Source: Bacteroides fragilis
Lineage (GTDB): Bacteria; Pseudomonadota; Alphaproteobacteria; Rs-D84
Direction: 5' to 3'
Length of the DNA stretch: 64,000 nt
Assembly (NCBI GenBank): GCA_963630775.1
Contig: CAVGNU010000003.1
Location: 19,190-83,189, forward strand
In this document: piece by piece, positions 27,168 to 37,964 of the stretch
How the letters are laid out: every line of letters begins with the position of its first letter
Position numbering within the stretch: position 1 is the first letter of the stretch
Made by a program: the position numbers and the translations under genes
Notes under the pieces: model-generated
What the model was told of the DNA's origin: nothing
What the model saw: the letters and a program-made list of their open reading frames with translations, nothing else
The model's database searches: none

Positions 27168-29426
27168 CTATAAAATATGACGTTTATTATTGACGTCAGG
27201 TGGACTAACGATTCCCTCTTGCTCCATACGTTCCATAAATCCTGCGGCCTTGTTATAGCCAATTTGCAATCTGCGCTGAATATAGGAAATTGTCGGCTTT
27301 TTATCCCGCAAAACACATTCTTTGGCCTGAGCATATAAATCGGCATCTTTGTTACCCGCGGCCCCCACGCCCGACGACGTGCCACCCATCATCGGTACGG
27401 CACCATCACCACCATCGGTAAGGCCCGCAACATATTCTGGTTCGCATTGTGCGCGCAAGAAATCACCTATACGCTTCAATTCCTCGTCTGATATGAATGC
27501 ACCATGGATACGCACAGGCGGACGTCCGGCCTCGCTAAACAGCATATCACCACACGCCAACAATGTTTCCGCGCCTTTTTCACCCAATGTCGTCATAGAG
27601 TCAATAACACTGCGCGCTTGGAACGATACACGTGTTGGGAAATTCGCCTTGATAACACCAGTGATGGTTGTCGCGTCTGGACGCTGTGTCGCCATGACCA
27701 AATGAATACCCGCTGCACGCGCCTTTTGCGCGATACGCTGGACACATGCCTCAACATCTTTACGTGCCAAACTCATCAGGTCTGCCACCTCGTCAATAAC
27801 AATAACAATATACGGCATATCAGACAGGTCAACCTCTTGTGTTTCAAACAATAATTCGCCTGTTTCTTCATCTGTACCAACGGCAACCTGACGCGTGATT
27901 TTTTCACCTGATGCACGTTTGGCCGCGACAATTTCATTATAACTTTCGATATTACGCGCATTGACCAGTTGCAGTTGTTTATACCGTTCTTCCATTTCAC
28001 GCACGGCCCATTTCAACGCATTGACTGCCGCATTTGGGTCTAACTTTACAATGGGTGTAATCAAATGTGGAATATCATCCCAGAACCCAAAATCAACCCC
28101 CTTTGGATCAATGATTATCAATTTGCACTTGTCCGGCGTAAAGTGATAAACGATAGATGTAATGATGGATTGCACAAATACAGATTTCCCAGACCCCGTA
28201 CGCCCCGCAATCAGCATATGCGGCATTTTGGCCAAATCAAAGTACATATAATTACCGCCAATATCAACACCCAACCCCAATGGAATCTTGTATTTGGACG
28301 TTTGGAATGTATCGCTGGCAACCAAGCCACGAAAACGCACCGTCTGACGTTTCAAGTTCACCATTTCCACACCAATCAGTGGCGTCCCAGGAATCTGTGC
28401 AATACGAATATTTTCAGTCGCCATCGCACGCGTCATATCCTTGACGGTCTTGCTGACATCGGCCCAACGTGTACCACTTTCGGGCATCAGTTCATACAAC
28501 GTGACAATCGGCCCAGGGCGAATACCAACAACCTTGCCATGAACATTGTATTCGGCAAAATGTTCCTCCATCGCGACGGCATTACGCTTTAACTCGGGCG
28601 TCACAACATTTTTACCAAAATTAGAATCCTCCAGAAAATCTGGGTCTGGCAATTCAAATTCATCGTCACCAGACGCACGTGCAACCTTGGCTGTTGATTT
28701 CTTGGCCGCGGGCTTTGCACGACGACGCGTGGCGGTTTTGGAATCCGCCACAAGTATTTCTTCCTCAGCTTCTTCTGCGACGACTTCTTCGGTGTCATCT
28801 GCACATTCTTCCGCGACGGCGGGACGTCCCGACACCATCCGAAATACAGACAAAATCGCACCAATCACGCGACGCAATAAATTCAGCAACGCACGCACAT
28901 GCGCCCATTTAATATGCAATACGCGTGCCGCCAACCACACAAAAATCACCATTGCCGGCACACACAGTGCCGCCGCCCACGTACCAACCAACGCACCCAC
29001 GTCATGCGCCACAATCGCACCCGCAAACCCGCCAAACGTCGCGCTGGGCGCAATCAAACCAAACGCCGCCGCGCCCGCACACAGCGCAACAAAAATTCGC
29101 ATTAAATTATATTCGGGCGCATCATCATCCGTCCAATTCATTGCGCGTGATATTCCCGCCCGCATAATGCACAACAACAAAAACAACGCCGGCACAGCAC
29201 CCACACTGTACCGCAAAAACGCGACCACATTACCCATTGCGGACTGATTGCCAAACGTGCTGGCGGTAGCAAAACCGTTCAAATACGGATTAAAAAATAA
29301 CAACGCAAATATTGCCCAGCCCCCAACTAAAATCAGGGTTGTACCCCACGCGCGACGTGCGATATTCTTTAACGCCCACGAAACACTTTCTGGTAAAAAT
29401 CTTGATTGCCTTTCCATAACGCGCAT
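27168..29426 (-). CDS. ftsK: DNA translocase FtsK
   Basis: N-terminal TM helices and an acidic/basic linker. Walker A GRTGSGKSV, Walker B VIVIDEVADL, and a C-terminal gamma winged-helix (ISYIQRRLQIGYNKAAGFMERMEQEGIV). Confidence 0.93.
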   Translation of the reverse strand: MRVMERQSRFLPESVSWALKNIARRAWGTTLILVGGWAIFALLFFNPYLNGFATASTFGNQSAMGNVVAFLRYSVGAVPALFLLLCIMRAGISRAMNWTDDDAPEYNLMRIFVALCAGAAAFGLIAPSATFGGFAGAIVAHDVGALVGTWAAALCVPAMVIFVWLAARVLHIKWAHVRALLNLLRRVIGAILSVFRMVSGRPAVAEECADDTEEVVAEEAEEEILVADSKTATRRRAKPAAKKSTAKVARASGDDEFELPDPDFLEDSNFGKNVVTPELKRNAVAMEEHFAEYNVHGKVVGIRPGPIVTLYELMPESGTRWADVSKTVKDMTRAMATENIRIAQIPGTPLIGVEMVNLKRQTVRFRGLVASDTFQTSKYKIPLGLGVDIGGNYMYFDLAKMPHMLIAGRTGSGKSVFVQSIITSIVYHFTPDKCKLIIIDPKGVDFGFWDDIPHLITPIVKLDPNAAVNALKWAVREMEERYKQLQLVNARNIESYNEIVAAKRASGEKITRQVAVGTDEETGELLFETQEVDLSDMPYIVIVIDEVADLMSLARKDVEACVQRIAQKARAAGIHLVMATQRPDATTITGVIKANFPTRVSFQARSVIDSMTTLGEKGAETLLACGDMLFSEAGRPPVRIHGAFISDEELKRIGDFLRAQCEPEYVAGLTDGGDGAVPMMGGTSSGVGAAGNKDADLYAQAKECVLRDKKPTISYIQRRLQIGYNKAAGFMERMEQEGIVSPPDVNNKRHIL

Positions 29427-29477
29427 ATTTTATCATAAAAAAAAGAAAAATGCGCCATTTTTTTGACGCATTCTGAT

Positions 29478-30164
29478 TTATTCACAGCGACGTTTCAGCC
29501 ACCACTTTACCAAGTCCGCCATCACCATACCGATGAACGCCCCCAGTATAACGTCGGTTGGCCAATGCGCCCCTATCGCCACACGCGACACACCAATCAG
29601 TATCGCCAGCGACCACGTAAATGGCTTTATACGCGGGGCCAACATACCCAACATAACCAATCCTGCGAATGACGCAACCGTATGTCCCGACGGCATGGAA
29701 TTAAATGCCCAATCACTATGAAATGGGAAAAATCCCGTCATACCCAATGCTTCATAAAATATAGGACGCGCACGACCAATTATGACCTTTAATATCTGGG
29801 CAATTACGGACGCCGACAAAACAGAACAAAATGTAAAAAACGCATAACTATTCTTTGTTTTCAGTAAAAAATCAGACCAGAAACACATAATACTGAACCG
29901 ATTTTTATCATTTTTGAAACAAGGTTTTGATTCCAGTGTCTTTTTGCCATAAAATGCACACATAATAACAAACGATGCCCCAACCCATATTTTGGCATCA
30001 AACACCATATCAAACACGCCCCACAATCTGCAATTAAACCCACGCATCAACAAATACAGTGGCGCGTCAAACCACATCACCCCCAGTACAACAATCACCA
30101 TAACCACGGCGGCGGCATAGGCCAACAAATTCCATTTCATTTTATTGTCTGGGGTCAGAAACAT
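29478..30164 (-). CDS. PAP2 family membrane phosphatase (PgpB/LpxE-like)
   Basis: All three PAP2 motifs are present: KVIIGRARP, PSGH and SRVAIGAHWPTD. Confidence 0.85.
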   Translation of the reverse strand: MFLTPDNKMKWNLLAYAAAVVMVIVVLGVMWFDAPLYLLMRGFNCRLWGVFDMVFDAKIWVGASFVIMCAFYGKKTLESKPCFKNDKNRFSIMCFWSDFLLKTKNSYAFFTFCSVLSASVIAQILKVIIGRARPIFYEALGMTGFFPFHSDWAFNSMPSGHTVASFAGLVMLGMLAPRIKPFTWSLAILIGVSRVAIGAHWPTDVILGAFIGMVMADLVKWWLKRRCE

Positions 30165-30175
30165 CAGGTTGCCTT

Positions 30176-31690
30176 TTATTTTTCAATTAAAATATTATAG
30201 ATTTTTTTATCGGTTAAAATCTTGGCCGATACAGCCGCCGCCAAAGCATCTTCGTCACTGCCACTGGTTATCACAGGACAGCCACTGCGAATTGTAGCAA
30301 CGTCTGTATCTGGTTCTTGGTTAAAATCACGTGCATTAAAATCATCATTGATTACGTTCAAGAAAAACGCATTTTGTTGCGCACTGCTGCGAATATTAGA
30401 TAAACATACAATAGGGAAAATTCCGCGGCCATCAATATCACGCCCCTTACCCGTCTTGATTGATTTGTTCAACAATTCCAACGCACCGCCATCGGACAAA
30501 TCCAGACGTGTTGCGATACGTGCGCTGCCCGCAGTGGGCGTACCCACCAACACGCCACGATTGTATTCATAAAATGCGCTGGCAATCGCCTCGGCTGTAC
30601 CACGCGTCTGGTCAGAAATCAAAACAACAACTGGCACATCAGTTACGGCACGCCCCCCTGGGACAACCTCTACCTGATCGCGGGCAGTTTCCAATATACG
30701 CATAACTGGGCGCGCCCCAATAAACAGCCCCGCTAATTTTGCTGCGGCCCGTTCATCATCACCCGACGACGCACGTAAATCCAATACAATCCCGCCCAGA
30801 TTGTCGTATGTTGCCAACACCTCGTTCACGATGGCCACAGAATTGTCAGATACGTTGTGTACAACGATTTCCAACACATCATGCTCGTCCGCGCCAATGC
30901 CAGCGCGATGGATAATATCAGCGTCCGCCAAAACAATCGTCGCGCGCCGCAACACAACATCACGCGCACCAGACGGGGTCAGCAATTTAACCTTGGACGT
31001 ACCAGAATTAAAACCGGCCAAGAAGCTTTCAATATCATCATCTGACATTTTTGTAACTGGCGTGCCGTTTATTTCGGCAATCAAGTCCCCTTCGCGAATA
31101 CCGGCGATGTCGGCTGGCGCACCCTTGTACACACCGTGCACGCGCCAATTTCCACGCGCGTCACGCGCACCCGTCAAACCAACACCGGTCAATATACGGC
31201 CATCTTCGTTTATTTCAGCCGCACGCGAATAAATATAGCGACCATTTTCATCAATACCGTGCGTCAACGCATCAACAACCATCTGGTACATTTCAGACGA
31301 TGTTGCGCGATGTAACGCAGCGTCATTTTCACGCAATTTCAAAATCAACGCGGTTGTGATTTCGCCGAAGCCGTTCCAATCACCCGCACTGGGACGTGGA
31401 TAGTTTGCAATAATGCTGTCGCGCCAAACCAATACCACGCGATTGTCCGTTGCAGCGATATGTGCGTCCGCGCTCAGGTTTTCCAAGCTTTCAATCGCAA
31501 CGTTGATATTTTTACCAGCCCACTTGACACCGTCCAGTTTTTGATAAATTTCCGCAAAGGTCTTGGACATATCAAAAACCCGCAACCCATCTTGCACTGG
31601 TTCATCTTCGAAAAATAAACTGTCTGCGTGCGCCGCGGGCGAAATCACCAGAATCAATGCAACCAGCAAAAAGATTTGTTTTAATCTCAT
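30176..31690 (-). CDS. S41 (C-terminal processing) peptidase homologue with PDZ domain; catalytic dyad apparently substituted
   Basis: Signal peptide, PDZ-like segment (GAPADIAGIREGDLIAEINGTPV) and S41 core (IVLDLRASSG...VVVLISDQTRGTAEAIASAFYEYNRGVLVGTPTAGSA). Aligned by eye to SASASE...TFGKG, the Ser position is Gly and the Lys position is Ser. Confidence 0.8.
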   Translation of the reverse strand: MRLKQIFLLVALILVISPAAHADSLFFEDEPVQDGLRVFDMSKTFAEIYQKLDGVKWAGKNINVAIESLENLSADAHIAATDNRVVLVWRDSIIANYPRPSAGDWNGFGEITTALILKLRENDAALHRATSSEMYQMVVDALTHGIDENGRYIYSRAAEINEDGRILTGVGLTGARDARGNWRVHGVYKGAPADIAGIREGDLIAEINGTPVTKMSDDDIESFLAGFNSGTSKVKLLTPSGARDVVLRRATIVLADADIIHRAGIGADEHDVLEIVVHNVSDNSVAIVNEVLATYDNLGGIVLDLRASSGDDERAAAKLAGLFIGARPVMRILETARDQVEVVPGGRAVTDVPVVVLISDQTRGTAEAIASAFYEYNRGVLVGTPTAGSARIATRLDLSDGGALELLNKSIKTGKGRDIDGRGIFPIVCLSNIRSSAQQNAFFLNVINDDFNARDFNQEPDTDVATIRSGCPVITSGSDEDALAAAVSAKILTDKKIYNILIEK

Positions 31691-31726
31691 CTATATTCCC
31701 CCCGATATGGCGCGACACACAGATTA

Positions 31727-32590
31727 TCAATATTTTGTTTCACGCAGGTTAAAGTGATACAAAATAACGTTTGAAATATAAATACTGGTCAGTGTACCCA
31801 TCACGACCGAGAATGTCATAGCAATCGCAAATTCTTTCAACATCACCCCGCCCCAAAAATACAGACCAACCATCGCCAAAATCGTTGATACACTGGTCAT
31901 AATTGTACGATGCAACATTTCATTGACCGACAAATCAATCAGTTCTGTCATTGGCATCTTGTGATACTTTTTGATATTTTCATCAATACGGTCATAGTTC
32001 ACAACCTTGTCATTGATAGAATAACCAATACCCATCAAAATGACCGCAATGGACGTCTGGTTAAATTCCAAACCAGTAACAGAAAAGAACCCAAACATCA
32101 ATACAAAGTCCAAGACCAACGATACAAACGAACCAACCGCATATCCACCACGATAGCGAATCCAGATATACACACTCATCAGCACAAATGACACCAAAAT
32201 CGCCAAGATACCACCACGTACCAATTCGCCACCAATCTTTGGTCCAACGATTTGAACCTGTGAATATTGCACTTTGTCGCCCAGAATTTGTTTAATTTCT
32301 GCAACGCGAGTGTTTTGCTGGGCATCGGTTGCCCCCTTGGGCAGACCAACGCGAATCAAGATTGAATCATTGTCCACAGATTGCAATTCCGGACTGAATG
32401 CTGACAGGTCGCTGCGCATCTTGTCAATCGTGTAATTGGCCTCAATAGGTTTAACCTCCATCGAAATACCACCTGCAAAGTCAATGCCGTAATTCAATCC
32501 GTACGTCAGCAATGACACAATCGACAACGCCACCAAAATTCCAGAAACCCAGTACGACAGTTTCCGATATTTCATAAAATGAAATTTCAT
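31727..32590 (-). CDS. secF: Protein translocase subunit SecF
   Basis: 287 aa with GIDFAGGISMEV and six TM helices. It follows secD. Confidence 0.9.
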   Translation of the reverse strand: MKFHFMKYRKLSYWVSGILVALSIVSLLTYGLNYGIDFAGGISMEVKPIEANYTIDKMRSDLSAFSPELQSVDNDSILIRVGLPKGATDAQQNTRVAEIKQILGDKVQYSQVQIVGPKIGGELVRGGILAILVSFVLMSVYIWIRYRGGYAVGSFVSLVLDFVLMFGFFSVTGLEFNQTSIAVILMGIGYSINDKVVNYDRIDENIKKYHKMPMTELIDLSVNEMLHRTIMTSVSTILAMVGLYFWGGVMLKEFAIAMTFSVVMGTLTSIYISNVILYHFNLRETKY

Positions 32591-32602
32591 AACACAACCT
32601 TT

Positions 32603-34162
32603 TTATTTATCTTTAATGTAACTAATCTTTTTGTTTTTGCCACCCATGTACCAATCAATCAGTACGCGCGACAACGCCAAACATGTGAACAGTGTTGTAA
32701 TAACACCAATTGACAGCGTCACTGCAAACCCACGGATTGGCCCCGCACCAAACTGGAACAAAATCAAACTGCAAATCAGATTGGTCAGGTTACCATCCAT
32801 AACGGTCTTGGTCGAACGGGTAAAGCCCAAATCAACTGCACACAGAGTTGGAACACCTTCGCGTACCTCGTCACGGATGCGTTCAAACGGCAAAATATTA
32901 GCGTCCACCGCCATACCCAGCGTCAACACGATACCCGCAATTCCTGGTAACGTCAGCGTTGCACCCAAGAATGCAGATATGCCGATAATCATGGCCAAAT
33001 TCACCATTAAAACGATATCTGCAATCAAACCAAATGTGCGATAAGCAATCAACATAAACAAAATTACGAACAACACACCGACCGCTGATCCGACACGTCC
33101 TGCCTCAATCGCGTCCGCGCCCAAACCCGCACCAACTGTGCGTTCTTCGATAACCTGTAATGGTGCTGGCAACGCGCCACTGCGCAGCAATACCGCCAAA
33201 TCTTTTGCCCCCTGCAATGTGAAGCCACCAGAAATCTGGCCCCGCCCCCCTGGGATTGGCTCGCGAATTGTTGGTGCGGACAAAACCTTGCCGTCCAAAA
33301 CAATCGCAAAACGTTCGTTGACGTGTTCCGTGGTCAGACGCGCAAATTTACGCGCACCAGTTGCATCAAACGCCGTCGTTACAACCGGCATATTATTTTG
33401 GTCAAAATCTGCCTGTGAATCTTTCAGTGATTCACCAGATACCTCCACACGGCTGTACACTGGTACAACCTGCTGCGGATTTTCCATATATGGCAAGAAT
33501 TGTGTGCCGTTCGGCGCATGCCCCGATGCAATCTGTTCCTGCGTAACATTTTCATTTACCAAATGGAATGTCATCTTGGCTGTCTGACCAATCAAATCCT
33601 TGATGTGTTCTGGATTATCAACCCCTGGCAACTGAATCAGAATGTATTTTCCACCCTGTGACTGAATAGACGGTTCTTTTGTTCCCAACGCATCAATACG
33701 ACGACGCACAATTTCAATACTGCGCGTCAATGCGTCTTTGACCATTTCTTCTTTCTGCTTTTCGGTGTACTTTAATGTGATTGTGCGACCCGATGATGAA
33801 ATATCAACCCCAGATCCCAGAACACTCTTCAAGCGACCCTTGGCACGCGACACATCATCATCTTCGCGAACGACCAACGACACAACACCGTCAACATTAC
33901 GCAGGTTCGAAAAACGAATAACCCCACGATCGCGATCAATCATCGCACTGCGCGCTTCGTCATACAGTTGCGCTGCTTTTTCTTGGAACATGGTGTTTGT
34001 GTCCACTTCCAATAACAACTGCGCCCCACCCTTTAAATCCAATCCTAATGGAATCGGACGCGCCCACGATGGAAAATACGGAGCCAAGCGCGGTGAAATC
34101 GTCGGCACAGCCAGCAACACACCAAACACCGCAACAAAAATTATCGCCAGTTTCTTAAACAT
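32603..34162 (-). CDS. secD: Protein translocase subunit SecD
   Basis: 519 aa with GLDLKGGAQLLLEV, a large periplasmic domain and a C-terminal 5-TM bundle. Confidence 0.92.
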   Translation of the reverse strand: MFKKLAIIFVAVFGVLLAVPTISPRLAPYFPSWARPIPLGLDLKGGAQLLLEVDTNTMFQEKAAQLYDEARSAMIDRDRGVIRFSNLRNVDGVVSLVVREDDDVSRAKGRLKSVLGSGVDISSSGRTITLKYTEKQKEEMVKDALTRSIEIVRRRIDALGTKEPSIQSQGGKYILIQLPGVDNPEHIKDLIGQTAKMTFHLVNENVTQEQIASGHAPNGTQFLPYMENPQQVVPVYSRVEVSGESLKDSQADFDQNNMPVVTTAFDATGARKFARLTTEHVNERFAIVLDGKVLSAPTIREPIPGGRGQISGGFTLQGAKDLAVLLRSGALPAPLQVIEERTVGAGLGADAIEAGRVGSAVGVLFVILFMLIAYRTFGLIADIVLMVNLAMIIGISAFLGATLTLPGIAGIVLTLGMAVDANILPFERIRDEVREGVPTLCAVDLGFTRSTKTVMDGNLTNLICSLILFQFGAGPIRGFAVTLSIGVITTLFTCLALSRVLIDWYMGGKNKKISYIKDK

Positions 34163-34176
34163 ATCAAAAACCTTTA

Positions 34177-34485
34177 TTATTCAACACTGGCAACGGCGTT
34201 TTTATTTACCTCAATAACAACACCTTTGGCCACTTCTATTTCAATCGTTTTTTCGTTTATCTTTTTAATAGTGCCGTAAATACCCGCCGCCATGACGCGA
34301 TTACCAACCTTTAATGAATCCAACATTTTCTGGTATTCCGCCATTCTGCGTTTATTTGGACGCACCATAAACAGATAGATTATTCCAAACACAACCGCAC
34401 AATACAGCAACATTCCCCACCAATTCCCTGTTGCGGCCTGTGCAATGTTTGCACCATTTTCAACAACAACTGTTGTTTCTTCCAT
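34177..34485 (-). CDS. yajC: Preprotein translocase subunit YajC
   Basis: 102 aa with a single TM helix and the motif LKVGNRVMAAGIYGTIKKINEKTIEIEV. Order yajC-secD-secF. Confidence 0.88.
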   Translation of the reverse strand: MEETTVVVENGANIAQAATGNWWGMLLYCAVVFGIIYLFMVRPNKRRMAEYQKMLDSLKVGNRVMAAGIYGTIKKINEKTIEIEVAKGVVIEVNKNAVASVE

Positions 34486-34543
34486 GCTATTTCTCCTTGG
34501 TATTTATGCACAAAAGATAGTAAAAAAAAACGCACCTGTAAAG

Positions 34544-34572
34544 GCAAAAAACAAGGGCTGGCGCCCCCTGTT
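34544..34572 (-). terminator. Rho-independent terminator of mutL
   Basis: Minus strand reads ACAGGGGGC-GCCA-GCCCTTGT (imperfect stem) followed by TTTTTTG, starting 2 nt after the mutL stop. Confidence 0.6.
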
Positions 34573-34573
34573 T

Positions 34574-36325
34574 TTATACACGTTCAAACCATGCGTCCAT
34601 ATCGGCAATGGGAATAAATTTATACACCGGCCGACCGTGATTACACTGGCCCGCGCGCGCGGTATTTTCAATCGCACGCAGCAACGCATCACACGACGCC
34701 ATGTCTAACGTCTGACCCGCGCGAACACTGTGATGGCACGCGTAATTTGCCAGTTTCAAATGCAACCGTTCACCCAGTTGTGATGAATGGCCGTTGGCCC
34801 GAACCTCGTCCGCGATGTCGTGAAACAGGTTTGCCCAGTTCAAGTCCCAATCGGCGGGTTTTTCAAAAATGGCAATGGCATCATCACCAAATGCATCGAT
34901 ATGCAGACCCGACGCCCGCATTTCGTCCGCAACGGTCAACACGACCACCACATCATCACTGCGCATAGAAACAACAATCGGCGTCAACAGCGGTTGCGTC
35001 TTTATCGCGTGTTGTCGCAAACGTTCATACGTAATGCGTTCATGCGCAGCATGCTGGTCAACCACAACCAGATTATCGCCCGATGCCGCCAAAATATATT
35101 TGTTACCAATCTGACCAATCACGCGCCCCAATGGTTGCATTGCGTCGGTATCAGATGGTGCACTTGACGGTGCAGACATGGCGGGCTTAAAAACCTCGCC
35201 CTGCGCCGGCTGGTGCACGCGCATTGTGGCGGGCGTAATACCAAAATCCATACGTACCGTGGCGGGACTGGCCGGACTGATTGGCGTTGCGGCCGTCGCC
35301 ATTTCAAATTCACAGGGCGCGTGATGCACCACATCTATTTCCGGTGCATCATTCATTGTGCGCGCCAATGCTGCACGCAGAGTTTTGATAATGAATCCGC
35401 GAATATGCGCTGGCTCTAAAAAATGCACCTCTGTCTTGGCGGGCGAAACATTTACGTCAACACTGCGTGATGGCACGGTCAAATACAGCGCGCACAGCGG
35501 AAATTCACGCGCATGCATAACATCCATATACGCCGCGCGCAATGCGCCAACCAGAACCTTGTCCTTGACCGGACGCCCATTTACAAACAGATATTGATCC
35601 ACTGACGAGGCGCGCCGCAATGTTGGTTCTGAAATAAAACCGTGTAATTCAATGCCAGCATCTGATGTGCTGACCCCATCAACCGGTATCATACGTCCCG
35701 CGACATCATCGCCCATAACGGCGACAATGCGATCACGCATATTTTGATTTTTTGGAAATCGCCATTTATTATTTAACGTAAATCCAACATCGGGGCGCGC
35801 CATTGCCAAACGACGCACAACGTCCAACACAGAAATCATTTCCGCCCGATCCGTACGTAAGAATTTCAACCGTGCCGGCGTACGTGCAAACAGGTTTGCC
35901 ACACGAATACGCGTCCCCGCATCCCAATCAGACGGCCGCACATCACCGGTATTCGCATTCAGTTGCCAACCATTTTCGTCCGCGCCATTGCACGTATCAA
36001 TCGTCATATCAGACACAGACGCGATTGACGGCAACGCTTCGCCACGAAACCCCATAAAGTTTATATTCAACAAATCATCATCGGGCAACTTTGACGTTGC
36101 ATGGCGCGTAATACTGCGCGTCAGGTCATCACGCGACATTCCCGACCCGTTGTCGACGACCGTAATCAGCGTGCGTCCGCCATCGGCGACATCAATCATA
36201 ATCTGGTCTGCGCCCGCGTCCAGCGCATTTTCAACCAGTTCTTTGACCACGCTGGCGGGGCGTTCTACAACCTCGCCAGCGGCAATTTGGTTTATCAAAA
36301 AATCAGGCAAGATGCGTACAGGCAT
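34574..36325 (-). CDS. mutL: DNA mismatch repair protein MutL
   Basis: N-terminal GHKL ATPase motif INQIAAGEVVERPASVVKELVENALDAGA. 583 aa. Confidence 0.93.
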   Translation of the reverse strand: MPVRILPDFLINQIAAGEVVERPASVVKELVENALDAGADQIMIDVADGGRTLITVVDNGSGMSRDDLTRSITRHATSKLPDDDLLNINFMGFRGEALPSIASVSDMTIDTCNGADENGWQLNANTGDVRPSDWDAGTRIRVANLFARTPARLKFLRTDRAEMISVLDVVRRLAMARPDVGFTLNNKWRFPKNQNMRDRIVAVMGDDVAGRMIPVDGVSTSDAGIELHGFISEPTLRRASSVDQYLFVNGRPVKDKVLVGALRAAYMDVMHAREFPLCALYLTVPSRSVDVNVSPAKTEVHFLEPAHIRGFIIKTLRAALARTMNDAPEIDVVHHAPCEFEMATAATPISPASPATVRMDFGITPATMRVHQPAQGEVFKPAMSAPSSAPSDTDAMQPLGRVIGQIGNKYILAASGDNLVVVDQHAAHERITYERLRQHAIKTQPLLTPIVVSMRSDDVVVVLTVADEMRASGLHIDAFGDDAIAIFEKPADWDLNWANLFHDIADEVRANGHSSQLGERLHLKLANYACHHSVRAGQTLDMASCDALLRAIENTARAGQCNHGRPVYKFIPIADMDAWFERV

Positions 36326-36331
36326 ATGCGA

Positions 36332-36802
36332 TTATTCCCTGAATTTAACTTCCAAAATCTCGTACTCTTTTTCACCAGACGGCAATTTTACAATACATGT
36401 ATCACCAACGCATCGGCCAATCATGGCGCGCCCAACCGGCGATGTACACGAAATAACCTGCTTGCCATCAGATTCAATATCCGACAGAATCCGGCACTGC
36501 ATACGATTGCCGTCTTCGTCTTCGGCGACGACACGTGCGCCAAACACCACACGGTCACCGGTCAATGAATCCACATCAATAATCGCGGCGTTTTCAATAA
36601 CCCCTTCGATAAACTGAATCCGCTTGTCAATCTGGCGTTGTTTTTCCTTGGCCGCACTGTAATCGGCATTTTCAGACAAATCACCCAGCGAACGCGCCCA
36701 TTGGACGGTTTTCAATATTTCCGGACGCTGAACTTCTTTCAGGTCTTTTAATTCTTTCACCAGCGAGTCAAACCCCTCGCGCGAGATTGGTCTTTTATCC
36801 AT
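36332..36802 (-). CDS. greA: Transcription elongation factor GreA
   Basis: 156 aa with the GDLSENADYSAAKE coiled-coil tip motif and a C-terminal FKBP-like domain. Confidence 0.93.
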   Translation of the reverse strand: MDKRPISREGFDSLVKELKDLKEVQRPEILKTVQWARSLGDLSENADYSAAKEKQRQIDKRIQFIEGVIENAAIIDVDSLTGDRVVFGARVVAEDEDGNRMQCRILSDIESDGKQVISCTSPVGRAMIGRCVGDTCIVKLPSGEKEYEILEVKFRE

Positions 36803-36890
36803 TTTCGTAAATCCTATTTTTCGTACCCAAAATTATAAGCATTCATTTTAATTTTGCAATTATCAATTCAACAGGTTATACTTTTCAATT

Positions 36891-37952
36891 ATGGCACTAA
36901 AACCGTCTATTTTGACAAAATTCCTGTTGCGACGTTTCTTTTCGGGCGTCGGGCTGGTAATGTTGGTCGTATGTGGCATTATTTTTGCAATTACGTTTGT
37001 TGAACGTCTGCCGTCAAATCCAACGGCGGTGGCGGCATTAGCGGAATCATGGACACGCCTGTTGGAATATGTACCGCTGTTTTTGCCGCTGGCGGTGTTT
37101 ATGGGGACGCTGTTGGCGTCTTATAACCTGACAAAATCCAGTGAAAGTATTATTGTCGCCAGTGCGGGCCTGTCCCCGTACCAGTCGTCACGTCCGTTTT
37201 TACTGGGCGCAGTGCTGATTGGCATATTTGCAACCACGGTCGTAAATCCATATTCAGTTAAACTGAGCAATCAGACCATCACATCAGACCACCTGAAATT
37301 GATTGATGGGGCAATTTGGCTGCGTGAATCGTCCGATGCGGGTTACATCACGATGAACGCAACCGGCATGCGCAAATCAGGCGACGCGTTGGAATTCCAA
37401 AACGCAATCGTATACGCCCAAGATGCATCTTTCAAATTGACCGCTCGGGTCGAGGCCGAAAATATCACCCTGTCGGACGATGGATTAAATGCTGCACGCG
37501 CAAACGTATGGGACGCAAACGGTCAAATGACAACCCGCGCATGGCAAACAGAAACTCTGCTGAACCCGCGCACTGTTCTGGACAGGTACCTGCAACCAGA
37601 CCAAATTTCGTTCTGGCAATTACCATCATTTATTAAAAAGATGGAATCCATTGGTGCACCGGTACGCGGGCATTGGGTACAACTGTGGACATTGGTATTT
37701 TTACCGCTGTCATTGGTTGCGATGGCAACATTGGGTATTGCATTTTCCCTGACCCGTCAACGCCGTAATTACAGTTTTGGGACGAAATTTGCATTGGGCA
37801 TCATCACATGCTTTGCCCTGTACTTTATAACCAATATGTTTAACGCACTGGGGGCGACAGGCGCATTGCCACCAATACTGGCAATCGTTGCGCCACAGCT
37901 GATTATTATCGCCATGGCGGCAACATTTATCGCCAGTTTTGATACAATTTAA
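36891..37952 (+). CDS. LPS export ABC permease, LptF/LptG (YjgP/YjgQ) family
   Basis: 353 aa. Three N-terminal TM helices, a periplasmic beta-jellyroll-sized insert, and three C-terminal TM helices. The start L.RFFS... is typical of this family. I cannot tell LptF from LptG. Confidence 0.8.
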   Translation: MALKPSILTKFLLRRFFSGVGLVMLVVCGIIFAITFVERLPSNPTAVAALAESWTRLLEYVPLFLPLAVFMGTLLASYNLTKSSESIIVASAGLSPYQSSRPFLLGAVLIGIFATTVVNPYSVKLSNQTITSDHLKLIDGAIWLRESSDAGYITMNATGMRKSGDALEFQNAIVYAQDASFKLTARVEAENITLSDDGLNAARANVWDANGQMTTRAWQTETLLNPRTVLDRYLQPDQISFWQLPSFIKKMESIGAPVRGHWVQLWTLVFLPLSLVAMATLGIAFSLTRQRRNYSFGTKFALGIITCFALYFITNMFNALGATGALPPILAIVAPQLIIIAMAATFIASFDTI

Positions 37953-37964
37953 TGGGGAAATATT

